In this document: positions 28,952 through 38,041 of the stretch, one piece after another
Layout: each line of letters starts with the position of its first letter
How positions within the stretch are numbered: the first letter of the stretch is position 1
NCBI GenBank assembly: GCA_045590555.1
Contig: JAZNRC010000023.1
Span: forward strand, 2,915 to 66,914
Source of the DNA: Lachnospiraceae bacterium
GTDB lineage: Bacteria > Bacillota > Clostridia > Lachnospirales > Lachnospiraceae
Reading direction: 5' to 3'
Length of the DNA stretch: 64,000 bases
Translations under genes and position numbers: made by a program
The notes under the pieces: generated by a model
What the model was told of the DNA's origin: nothing
The model's database searches: none
The model's input: the letters and a program-made list of their open reading frames with translations, nothing else

Positions 28952-30445
28952 ATGTTGATAAAAAAAATAAAAACCTGGGGGGCTCTGGCCGTAAGTATAG
29001 CAATACTTGCCGGTTCCGTACTTACGGTACATGCCGAACCCATTGATTATATGGCGGAAATGGAAGCCCGCAAAAGCCTTCCCGTACAGACCAATGAAAT
29101 TCCCGGCTGGCCGCAAGGACCTGCCGTCGGTGCACAATCAGCTATTCTGATGGATGCCAGGACCGGAGCCATTTTATATGCCAAAGGAATTGACGAAAAA
29201 CATTATCCCGCCAGTACTACAAAGATTATGACCTGTCTTCTTGCAGTAGAAAACAGTGACTTAAATGAAATGGTTACCTTTTCCCATGAAGCGGTTTTCA
29301 GTATTGAACCCGGTTCTTCCAATATCGGTATGGACGAGGGGCAGTCTATTACCATGAATCAGGCTTTACACGGTATCCTGATTCTCTCTGCCAACGAAGT
29401 TGCCAACGCCGTAGGCGAACATGTGGCAGGTGATGCTGATAGTTTTGTTGCCATGATGAATGCGAAGGCTGAAGAGTTGGGTTGTACCAACACCCATTTC
29501 ATGAATGCACACGGTCTGCACCATGAGAATCATTATACTACCGCCAGAGATCTTGCTACCATTGCAAGAGAATTCTTTAGTCATGACGTACTGGCGAACA
29601 TATCAGGTATGACCTACTGTACCTTCGAGGCCACGGAAACCCAGCCCGATTCCTTCTCTCTTGCCACCAAAAACATGCTGGTAAAAGGAAAAGAATATGA
29701 GTACGAATGGCTGGTGGGAAGCAAAACCGGCTATACCTCCCAGTCACGCCAGACCTTGGTCTCCTGCGCCAAAAAAGACGGTATGGAACTGATATGTGTA
29801 GTCTTTGTGGAAGAATCCCCATACCAGTTCACCGACACCATCGCCCTATTCGATTACGGTTTTGAAAATTTTCATATGGTTAAAATTGCGGACCACGAAA
29901 CCGGATATACCATGGCAAATACCGGATTTTTGGAGTCAGGCTCCGACATCTTCGGCAATTCCCAGCCTTTTATCAATCTGGCAGAAGATGCTTATGTGGT
30001 CGTTCCCAATTCTGTGTCTTTTGAAGAATTAACATCGAAACTGGTATATGATACGGATTACTCCGGTGCCGTAGCGGAAGTACAATACTTTTATGAAAAT
30101 AACTATGTTGGCGAAACTTACGTACAGGTTTCCGCCCAGACATCCACGGTTTTCGGACCCAACGGAGAAACCGGTCCCTCACCGGCATCTTCCGAAGTAA
30201 TTACAAGTGAAGAAGCTGCTGCGGAGCATAAACCCGTTACCAATGAAGGTGACGATACGATTTATATTAATATCAAAGTGGTAATTATTGTTATTGTTTC
30301 CATAGTTGCCCTTGTTATCGGTATACTGCTGTTTCGCACCATCTCCAATAATTTCCACTTTGCCAGACGGCGAATGGCCAGAAGAAGAAGAAAAAGGAGA
30401 CGCACCAAGTACGACTCCTCTGAATTTAAAAATCTGAAATTTTAA
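28952..30445 (+). CDS. D-alanyl-D-alanine carboxypeptidase (peptidase S11) with C-terminal TM anchor
   Basis: YPASTTKIM (SxxK), SAN, SKTG triad motifs; C-terminal TM followed by basic tail. Confidence 0.92.
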   Translation: MLIKKIKTWGALAVSIAILAGSVLTVHAEPIDYMAEMEARKSLPVQTNEIPGWPQGPAVGAQSAILMDARTGAILYAKGIDEKHYPASTTKIMTCLLAVENSDLNEMVTFSHEAVFSIEPGSSNIGMDEGQSITMNQALHGILILSANEVANAVGEHVAGDADSFVAMMNAKAEELGCTNTHFMNAHGLHHENHYTTARDLATIAREFFSHDVLANISGMTYCTFEATETQPDSFSLATKNMLVKGKEYEYEWLVGSKTGYTSQSRQTLVSCAKKDGMELICVVFVEESPYQFTDTIALFDYGFENFHMVKIADHETGYTMANTGFLESGSDIFGNSQPFINLAEDAYVVVPNSVSFEELTSKLVYDTDYSGAVAEVQYFYENNYVGETYVQVSAQTSTVFGPNGETGPSPASSEVITSEEAAAEHKPVTNEGDDTIYINIKVVIIVIVSIVALVIGILLFRTISNNFHFARRRMARRRRKRRRTKYDSSEFKNLKF

Positions 30446-30459
30446 AAACATTATAAAAA

Positions 30460-31119
30460 CTAGCTGATAGGAACCTCTGCCGCTTCCAAAATATCATAAT
30501 ATTTGGAGAGCTCCAGAGGTTCAAATGCTTTTTTATCCACAATTTGACCGTGTTGCAGGATTCCTTCCTGCGCCACAATCAGAATGGCCATATCTCCCAT
30601 TTCTATACGCTTTTTGATGTTTGCATAGAGAAAATCCCTGTTACCCATGGGCGTAACCACGCGGAAAAACCTCTCATAGAACTGCACGGTCATGGTCACC
30701 GGCTCTCCGTAAAAATCCCTAAAATTATTATATGATACGGTTGCTCCGTACAGATAGCCCAGCCAGGACATCATAAAAACATAGATACCCACCACAAGGA
30801 ACAAAATCCAAAGAAGGTACAACCGTAAGGGATATACAAACACAAAAGATCCCAGCATAAGAAGCAAACCTGCAATAAAAGTGTTGCGTCTCCATTTTTT
30901 ATGAAAAATTCCATAAGTATGGCGGGCATATCTTTTATTCATTTCTTTGGTCAGGATAAAAGTGTTTTCCAAAAGAACTTCACCAATCAAATCCTTTTTC
31001 ACGCCTGCCTGCGCAACATTTCGAAAAGGCTTTGACTTATCCTGCTGTCCCGGTATGAAATTTTGGTTATAGCGTTTCCGTTTGACGCCGGGGTTTACAT
31101 TATTTACACTTTTACTCAT
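30460..31119 (-). CDS. YcxB-like two-TM membrane protein
   Basis: Two TM helices followed by VQFYERFFRV..RDFLYANIKK pattern. Confidence 0.55.
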   Translation of the reverse strand: MSKSVNNVNPGVKRKRYNQNFIPGQQDKSKPFRNVAQAGVKKDLIGEVLLENTFILTKEMNKRYARHTYGIFHKKWRRNTFIAGLLLMLGSFVFVYPLRLYLLWILFLVVGIYVFMMSWLGYLYGATVSYNNFRDFYGEPVTMTVQFYERFFRVVTPMGNRDFLYANIKKRIEMGDMAILIVAQEGILQHGQIVDKKAFEPLELSKYYDILEAAEVPIS

Positions 31120-31131
31120 TGCCTGCCTCTT

Positions 31132-32097
31132 TTATTGGGTTTTGGTTCCTGCTGCCTTTCTTTTTTCCCGGCGCAGTTCCCGGATATGTTCACGTTTAGC
31201 CACAATCTCAGCAACTTCATCTTCGGAAATAAATTTCTGGGTTTTTACAACATATACGCCACCGCTTTCCGTCTTTTTAAGACGAATCTTACCCTTCATA
31301 CATCCATGCTTCTCACATACGGATATGCTGTAGAAATGCTTGGGGTTGGCTGCAAACCAGCGAATTTTTTTACGAAGGTTCTTTTTACACAAATAACATC
31401 TGGTAGATGTGACTTCTCTGTCCTGCATAGCCGCTGTTTTGTCTTCAAATTCCCTGGAAATATACTTTGCATAGTCGTGGAACAACACATTTACTTCGTC
31501 TTCCCGACGCTTAGGCACATGAAAAACATCATAAGAGTAGTTCTCAAATACAAATACTTCCGTAATGGACGCCATGACCTTCGCCGTATAATAAGCATCA
31601 GAAAATGCTCTATGGAAGGGTATGTCCTGCTCGATTTTCAAATAATCTACCGCGTATTCCAAAGAACGTCTGATTTTACGGTCTTTATCATATGCAATAC
31701 TGAACAGCTTCTGTACATCCAGATAAGGAAACGGTCTTGCCGCCAGAGGGGGCATATTATGATACTTCATATTCCGCTGAAGCTCCATTAAATCCTGAGT
31801 GCCCCAGGTACAGAAGATATAATTATCACCGCACCACTCAAAAAACTCTTCCATGGTTTCCACAAACGGCTTGCCCTGCTTTAGTTCCTTCATATGCAAT
31901 TGTATTAACTTACCGGTCACCCGGTTCATCTCCGTATATACCGACGGCTTCACAATCTGCGTAAACTCTCCGATGATCTGCCTGTCCTCATTCAAAAGAA
32001 TGGCACCCACTTCTACAATTTCGAAGGGCAAATCCGAATTTACGGCATCCGTTTTGTCCGGCTGATTCCATTCCAAGTCTAAAACAACGTAATTCAA
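31132..32097 (-). CDS. DEDDh 3'-5' exonuclease (KapD/ERI1-like) with Cys/His-rich C-terminal domain
   Basis: VVLDLEWNQ, EIVEVGA, CTWGTQD, HRAFSDA; TTG start after GGAAGG. Confidence 0.82.
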   Translation of the reverse strand: MNYVVLDLEWNQPDKTDAVNSDLPFEIVEVGAILLNEDRQIIGEFTQIVKPSVYTEMNRVTGKLIQLHMKELKQGKPFVETMEEFFEWCGDNYIFCTWGTQDLMELQRNMKYHNMPPLAARPFPYLDVQKLFSIAYDKDRKIRRSLEYAVDYLKIEQDIPFHRAFSDAYYTAKVMASITEVFVFENYSYDVFHVPKRREDEVNVLFHDYAKYISREFEDKTAAMQDREVTSTRCYLCKKNLRKKIRWFAANPKHFYSISVCEKHGCMKGKIRLKKTESGGVYVVKTQKFISEDEVAEIVAKREHIRELRREKRKAAGTKTQ

Positions 32098-32156
32098 GGT
32101 TTTCTTCCTTCCGTGAAGTAAAAATTTAGTCACCTGGTACGTGACGTCTGATATTA

Positions 32157-32594
32157 TTATATCTTTTTATTTGTATCCTCGCAAGATAGGTCTCTTAACA
32201 CTGTATCAAATGCCGGAAACTCTTTTTTTAGGAATAGCGGTTTTCCGTCTTTATTTAAAAAGCAGTGCATGCTTTTTCCTTTTAGAATCAACTCTCCGGT
32301 AGCAGAATTTGTCATTGTGTATCGAATTACCAGCTTAATACCGTTATAACTTTCAATTTCGGGACAGATACAGACTTCGTCATCAAAAGTAGTCGATTTC
32401 TTGTATTCGCATTCAATGCCGATTACCGGAGAAACAATGCCGTCCGCTTCCAGTTTGGCATAGCCAAAGCCTATCTGATCCAAAAAATCCACTCTGGCTT
32501 CTTCCATCCAGCGCACATAATTGGAATGATGGGTGATGCCCATTTTATCCGTTTCGTAATAATTAACTTTATGAATGTATTCCTTCATTCCCAA
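32157..32594 (-). CDS. Acyl-CoA thioesterase (YbgC/4HBT family)
   Basis: YYETDKMGITHHSNYVRWMEEAR motif. Confidence 0.9.
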   Translation of the reverse strand: MGMKEYIHKVNYYETDKMGITHHSNYVRWMEEARVDFLDQIGFGYAKLEADGIVSPVIGIECEYKKSTTFDDEVCICPEIESYNGIKLVIRYTMTNSATGELILKGKSMHCFLNKDGKPLFLKKEFPAFDTVLRDLSCEDTNKKI

Positions 32595-32824
32595 TCATCT
32601 CCCGACTATACGATTTATTCAAACATTACTAACATATTATCACGTTTTGTATTTTCCCGATAGCAGTTTTTTGGCTTAAAACATTGATTTAATTTGTGAA
32701 CATGGTTATAATGTACGCGTACACAATGAGCCAAGCGGTTGCAACGCAGAGATTTGACCAATGTGCGCGAAACATGATGAACGATTTGAAATCATGTAAT
32801 TATCTAAAAGGAATTAAGATAAAA

Positions 32825-33265
32825 ATGAAAAAATTACTTGAATTATATCGCAAGCACGAAGAAATTGTTAATTACCTGATTGTAGGAGTATGTACCACCA
32901 TCGTAAGTCTCCTGTCCTATCTGATTTCAACCCGTACTTTTCTGGATGTGGAGAATCCGGTTCAATTGCAGATTGCCAATATTATCAAATGGGTTTCCGG
33001 CGTTGTATTCGGCTATTTTACTAACCGTCGCTTTGTTTTTAAAAGTAAAAATAAAAACATGCTGGGAGAATTCCTTTCTTTCTCCGGCTCCCGTGTAGCT
33101 ACCCTCTTCCTGGATATGGGTATTATGGGACTGATGGTTTCCGTTATGGGCATCTGGGATATTATTGCTACCGGCGTATCCATGGTTCTGGTAACCGTCG
33201 CAAACTATGTTTTAAGTAAATTGATTGTCTTTCGTAAAAAGAAGAGCAAACCTGAGGGCAATTAG
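32825..33265 (+). CDS. GtrA family protein
   Basis: EIVNYLIVGVCTT, YFTNRRFVF, ANYVLSKLIVF; start MKKLLELY. Confidence 0.88.
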   Translation: MKKLLELYRKHEEIVNYLIVGVCTTIVSLLSYLISTRTFLDVENPVQLQIANIIKWVSGVVFGYFTNRRFVFKSKNKNMLGEFLSFSGSRVATLFLDMGIMGLMVSVMGIWDIIATGVSMVLVTVANYVLSKLIVFRKKKSKPEGN

Positions 33266-33297
33266 GTTAGAATATCTATTTTTATAGAGAATAATCT

Positions 33298-33346
33298 GAC
33301 AATAAAAAACAGAGCCGCAATATCTGCGACTCTGTTTTTTATTGTC
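33298..33346 (+). terminator. Long terminator hairpin after gtrA
   Basis: GACAATAAAAAACAGAG...CTCTGTTTTTTATTGTC 17-bp perfect IR. Confidence 0.75.
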
Positions 33347-33446
33347 GACGTCTTTTTATTGTTTTTATATATCTGCCATGCTACCCTACAAGTATCTGAA
33401 TTTCATTTCGGTGTTCCCGAGATATTCCCAGAGAATCATTTTAACA

Positions 33447-33477
33447 GGATAAATAACTCAATAAAGGACTTTACACC
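33447..33477 (+). repeat. Left 31-bp inverted repeat flanking small gene
   Basis: GGATAAATAACTCAATAAAGGACTTTACACC; 29/31 match to reverse complement of 33734-33764. Confidence 0.9.
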
Positions 33478-33498
33478 CCGACATAGCCATCTTATAAT
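33470..33498 (+). promoter_or_regulatory. Sigma-A promoter of small gene
   Basis: TTTACA-N17-TATAAT; the -35 lies inside the left IR. Confidence 0.7.
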
Positions 33499-33530
33499 AT
33501 AAACATATTATATGTAAGGTGGTGGAAAGT

Positions 33531-33710
33531 GTGGAAGATATGAATCAGTTTGAAGTAATTAATAATACTATTGATTATTATAAAGCATTACAAGCCATAA
33601 AACGTGCTAATACTTGCGATAATAAAGTACTGGATTATGAAATTAAAACTACTAAAGTCAAACTCGAAAAATTCGGAATTAATCTGCATGATTTAGATTT
33701 TGAAAATTAA
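33531..33710 (+). CDS. Small (~59 aa) hypothetical protein
   Basis: AAGGTGGT RBS 7 nt before GTG; own promoter and terminator; amphipathic helical sequence MEDMNQFEVINNTIDYY...KFGINLHDLDFEN. Confidence 0.75.
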   Translation: MEDMNQFEVINNTIDYYKALQAIKRANTCDNKVLDYEIKTTKVKLEKFGINLHDLDFEN

Positions 33711-33733
33711 ATCATTAAGTAACCTGTTAATTC

Positions 33734-33764
33734 GGTGTAAAGTCTTTTATTAAGTTATTTATCC
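33734..33764 (-). repeat. Right 31-bp inverted repeat flanking small gene
   Basis: GGTGTAAAGTCTTTTATTAAGTTATTTATCC. Confidence 0.9.
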
Positions 33765-33777
33765 GTCCTTTCATATA

Positions 33778-33812
33778 AAAAAGCGGCCTCCTCTAAAAGA
33801 AGAGACCGCTTT
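33778..33812. terminator. Bidirectional terminator between small gene and pyk
   Basis: AAAGCGG-cctcctctaaaagaagaga-CCGCTTT with A/T flanks, between convergent genes. Confidence 0.7.
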
Positions 33813-33815
33813 ATT

Positions 33816-35231
33816 TTATACTACCTGTACTTTAATCATATTGGTGGTTCCGGAAATACCGATGGGCACACCGGAAGTAATAACCGCCACATCACCTTTC
33901 TCAAGGTAACCATTTTCTTCAGACACATTAATCGCATGCTCAAAAAGTCCGAAAACTTCCTGTTTTTCACGCACAACCAAAGGTGCCACACCCCAAGATA
34001 AGTTGAGCTGACGGCTAACCTTTTCGTCGGTGGTACATCCGATTACATCACAGTCGGGACGATATCTCGATATCATATAGGCCGAACGACCGGATTTGGT
34101 TACGGTTACAATCGCCTTAGCATTCAAGTCATGGGCGGTTGTACAGGTTGCATGACAAATAGCATCGGTAATATCGGGGTTTGCCTTGCGGTCGCGGTTA
34201 AAAAATCTCTTGCGGTAATCAATATCCGCCTCCGTACGCTCTGCAATGCGAACCATAGTCGCCAAAGCCTGCACGGGATATGCCCCTGCTGCCGTTTCAC
34301 CGGATAGCATGATGGCACTGGTGCCGTCGTAGATTGCATTGGCAACGTCAGCTGTCTCTGCACGGGTAGGTCTGGGATTCTTCATCATGGAATCCAACAT
34401 CTGTGTTGCAGTAATAACTACCTTACCTGCTTCGTATGCCTTCTTGATAATCATTTTCTGAATCACAGGCACGTCTTCTCCGGGAATTTCCACACCCATA
34501 TCACCACGGGCAACCATTACACCGTCGGAATTGGCAATGATATCATCAATGTTTTCAACACCTTCGCGGTTTTCGATTTTGGCAATAATATGAATATTCT
34601 GTCCGCCATTCTGGTCAAGCAACGTACGGATTGCAATCACATCATCCTCCGTACGTACAAAAGATGCCGCGATAAAATCCACATCCTGCTCAATACCAAA
34701 AATAATATCCTGTTTGTCCTTTTCACTTAAATACGGCATAGAAAGATGAGCATCCGGCACATTAACACCCTTTTTATTGGAAATCGTGCCACCATTTAAA
34801 ACCTTACAAACAATGTCCTTGCCCTCTAATTTCAGAACAATCATTTCAATAAGACCGTCATCAATGAGAATGCGGGTTCCCATGGACACGTCTCTGTAAA
34901 GAGTAGGATACGACAGGCTTACACCCTTCTCAGTTCCTGGCTGCTCATCAGAGTATAAAACAAACTCCTGCCCTTCTTTTAACTCTACTTTACCGTTCTC
35001 GAAATCGCGAATACGAACCTCAGGTCCCTTGGTATCCAAAAGGATGCCCACAGGCTTGCCTGCTGCCGCCCTCGCTGCTTTTAAACGATCCATTCTAGCT
35101 TTATGTTCTTCGTAACTGCCGTGTGAAAAGTTGCATCTGGCAACATTCATACCGGTTTCGATTAATTTCTCTACAATACCTTCTTTGTCCGTTGCAGGAC
35201 CCATTGTGCAGATGATTTTTGTTTTACGCAT
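33816..35231 (-). CDS. pyk: Pyruvate kinase
   Basis: MRKTKIICTMGP, ARCNFSHG, LDTKGPE, IAKIEN, DGVMVARGDMGVE, ATQMLDSM, MLSGETA. Confidence 0.97.
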   Translation of the reverse strand: MRKTKIICTMGPATDKEGIVEKLIETGMNVARCNFSHGSYEEHKARMDRLKAARAAAGKPVGILLDTKGPEVRIRDFENGKVELKEGQEFVLYSDEQPGTEKGVSLSYPTLYRDVSMGTRILIDDGLIEMIVLKLEGKDIVCKVLNGGTISNKKGVNVPDAHLSMPYLSEKDKQDIIFGIEQDVDFIAASFVRTEDDVIAIRTLLDQNGGQNIHIIAKIENREGVENIDDIIANSDGVMVARGDMGVEIPGEDVPVIQKMIIKKAYEAGKVVITATQMLDSMMKNPRPTRAETADVANAIYDGTSAIMLSGETAAGAYPVQALATMVRIAERTEADIDYRKRFFNRDRKANPDITDAICHATCTTAHDLNAKAIVTVTKSGRSAYMISRYRPDCDVIGCTTDEKVSRQLNLSWGVAPLVVREKQEVFGLFEHAINVSEENGYLEKGDVAVITSGVPIGISGTTNMIKVQVV

Positions 35232-35416
35232 ATAGATACTCTCTTTTCTTTTATAATAGGAGACCAATATCCCCTGAAATCGACATACACAGCTATTATG
35301 GCAAATTATGGGATAAGCGTCAACCTTTTTGGCTATTTTTCAATGATTATCCTTATACTAAAATAGATTTCCCCATCTAATATTCTTTATACCTAAGATT
35401 AATATTTTCACTAATA

Positions 35417-35478
35417 TATACATGAAAAAACCACAGACCGCCGGAAGCCTTTCATCGGCTCCGGAATATCTGTGGTTC
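35417..35478 (-). terminator. Nested hairpin/terminator after surface protein gene
   Basis: AACCACAGA...TCTGTGGTT outer stem with inner CCGGA-AGCC/GGCT-CCGG hairpin. Confidence 0.55.
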
Positions 35479-35508
35479 TTATTTTTAGATTATCAATAAA
35501 TCAAAAGA

Positions 35509-36963
35509 TTACTGAATATCGGTTTCGTAATTGTAGTATTCAATATTTGTTGTAATACATTCTCTTACGAAGTCATCCAAGGTTGCATAGCCTCTGGTAT
35601 AGAGAGTTGAACTATTATCTTCTCCATCCGGCGTGTACTCATAATAGTACTCGCTGTAGGGAACATAATAATCTACCACATCCGCTACACACACGCCTTC
35701 GCTGTTTACAACAGGAGCATCAAATCTTACTACGTAATAGAATTCAACAGGCTGGTAATATTCCTCGTCCCACCACCAGTTCGTAAATTTCCATGTTGCA
35801 TTTACTTTATATACCATATAAACATAACTCTGGTCGTTACGTCCGGGCTTCGGAGTTAACATATAACTTCCCTGCCATACAAAGGAATCTACTCTGTTTT
35901 CATCACCCCAACCGTTAGCCACATAAGCATTGAAGTTATCCTGACCCTGTGCAATCATAGCATTTAATGCATCAATGTCGATTTCATCAAGAGATGATAC
36001 ATAGTATTCCAAACCTTCTACGGTATATTCCTTCTCAGTTGCAGAAGGACAGATTCCGTAATTTTCGATACATGCAGTAGTTGTATCTGTCCAGTAAGAT
36101 GTGCCAAGAGTAACTTTAACGGTATCACCGTTAGATAAATTGTAGTTATTATCTACGTAGTAATACAGGTCTGAATACACACCGCTGAAATCATTCTGGA
36201 TAATCTGAACCTGACCATTAGGTGCAATACCGCTAAACTGTAATTCGATATTTTCAAAGGGATCAAACATCTGAACTGCCTGTAAACCTTCTACCACATA
36301 GGTTTCTTCTTCGCACTTAAGTCCGTAATTGAAGAAATCACCAAATGCATCATCCTGACAAGGCCATGTAAGTGTAACTTCCTGACCGTTGGAAAGATTA
36401 TTTCTCTGGCTTAACTCTGTTGTTACAAGATCAAGATATACTTCTGCGGGAGAATAACCCCATGAGCTGTAGAATGAGAATTCAGGATTCTCCATAGCCT
36501 TTCTGCTAAACTTAATCTTATCGCCATATTTTTCCATAAATGCGATTTCATCTACTATAACTTGCGCATTACCGATGGTATCATATCCCGTAAACTGAAC
36601 AGTAACATAGTCGTTCATATCAATTTTCTTAGGCCATAAAATAATGGCAAGAATAATACCTACTAATAAAACAAAGCCTGCAATTAAAGCTACTACGATA
36701 CCGATTAAGATACCCCATTTTGCTTTAGAGCCTTTCTTTGCTTTCTTCTCGGGTGCTTTAGCAGCTGCGGGTGCAGCTTCGGGTGCCTTCTCTGCTGCAG
36801 GTGCAGCTTCGGGCGCTTTCTCCTCTGCAGGAGCAGCTTTCGTTTCCGCTACTTTCTCTTCTGCGGGAGCTTCTGCCTCCGTTGCTTTCTCTTCTACAGG
36901 TTCTGCAACGGTTTCGGGCGCTTTTTCTTCAACAACTTCAGTTGTCTTCTTGTTTTCGTCCAT
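35509..36963 (-). CDS. Single-TM membrane protein with Ala/Glu/Pro-rich N-terminal repeats and a duplicated extracellular domain
   Basis: EKAPEAAPAA repeats, one TM (WGILIG...AIILWPK), two copies of V.F.G...G...NLSNG..V....Y.VEGL domain. Confidence 0.75.
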   Translation of the reverse strand: MDENKKTTEVVEEKAPETVAEPVEEKATEAEAPAEEKVAETKAAPAEEKAPEAAPAAEKAPEAAPAAAKAPEKKAKKGSKAKWGILIGIVVALIAGFVLLVGIILAIILWPKKIDMNDYVTVQFTGYDTIGNAQVIVDEIAFMEKYGDKIKFSRKAMENPEFSFYSSWGYSPAEVYLDLVTTELSQRNNLSNGQEVTLTWPCQDDAFGDFFNYGLKCEEETYVVEGLQAVQMFDPFENIELQFSGIAPNGQVQIIQNDFSGVYSDLYYYVDNNYNLSNGDTVKVTLGTSYWTDTTTACIENYGICPSATEKEYTVEGLEYYVSSLDEIDIDALNAMIAQGQDNFNAYVANGWGDENRVDSFVWQGSYMLTPKPGRNDQSYVYMVYKVNATWKFTNWWWDEEYYQPVEFYYVVRFDAPVVNSEGVCVADVVDYYVPYSEYYYEYTPDGEDNSSTLYTRGYATLDDFVRECITTNIEYYNYETDIQ

Positions 36964-37067
36964 TGTATTCTCCTTTACCTTTTGTAATAAGTAACCATTT
37001 GTTACCATTTCATTTTAAAACTAATGGTATAAAAGGTCAACTGTTTTTAATACGGGCAAAGATTTAA

Positions 37068-37970
37068 TCACTTCCCACACTTTGCTTTATATTCCGTAGG
37101 CGTACAGCCCAATACCTTATGAAACGTCTCCGCAAAATAACTGGAACTGCCGAAGCCGCACAACATGGCAATATCCGTCATGCTGTTTTTGCCGGCCATA
37201 AGAAACTCCACGCTCTTGGATATACGGTACTCCGTCAAATATTCCACCGGCGACTTGTTTAAGTATTTCTTAAAAATCTGGCAGCAGGCACTGCGGGAAA
37301 CAAGACCTGCCATTGCGATTTCATTTAAGGATATTTTCTGCTGATACTGCTGCTGAATAAAACCTATCATGCGATGCATCGCTTCCAATTTCTTGGCATC
37401 CACATAAGAAACCGTCTCAGGCGCAGCCTTGACCAAATCTTTTAAAAGGAAACAAATGCGGTAAATTAAGGACATCATTTCCAGTTCATATCCTTCATCT
37501 CTTCCTCGGGTAGTTATATTTAAGCGCTCTACCAGGCTCATTACTTCTTTCTCCCGCATAATTTCAGGACGCAAAATCAAGAAAGACGGCATGTTTTTCC
37601 CTGCTATTGCCTCCAAATACTTATGTGCCATCTTAGAATCCAACATTCCCGGATGAAAAATGGTGCAGGCAAACGTGCATTTATACACATCTTCCCAGAA
37701 ACCGTAATGCATTCTGGCAGAATTTACGAATATCATCTGACCGGCTTTGATTTTACATTTTACGCCGTCCACGCAATACCACATCTCGCCTTCTTTAACA
37801 TAGATAAACTCAAAATCATTGTGCCAATGATTCACCATGGGCTGCATATATTCTTCCTGGCGCGTCACAGTTGCTTTCACAGGAATTTCAGGGATATTGT
37901 AATCCAGAATCTCCGAAGAATTATCCATGATTTCGATTGCATATACTCTGTTTACTTCTCGTTCCCACAT
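37068..37970 (-). CDS. AraC family transcriptional regulator (cupin + HTH)
   Basis: HWHNDFEF cupin; YLNKSPVEYLTEYRISKS; CGFGSSSYFAETFHKVLGCTPTEYK. Confidence 0.92.
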   Translation of the reverse strand: MWEREVNRVYAIEIMDNSSEILDYNIPEIPVKATVTRQEEYMQPMVNHWHNDFEFIYVKEGEMWYCVDGVKCKIKAGQMIFVNSARMHYGFWEDVYKCTFACTIFHPGMLDSKMAHKYLEAIAGKNMPSFLILRPEIMREKEVMSLVERLNITTRGRDEGYELEMMSLIYRICFLLKDLVKAAPETVSYVDAKKLEAMHRMIGFIQQQYQQKISLNEIAMAGLVSRSACCQIFKKYLNKSPVEYLTEYRISKSVEFLMAGKNSMTDIAMLCGFGSSSYFAETFHKVLGCTPTEYKAKCGK

Positions 37971-38041
37971 AAGAAAACTCCTTTTATCCTTCTTTCTGAA
38001 TTTTGTCCGTTTTCTGTCACTTCACTACGCATACCGTAATC

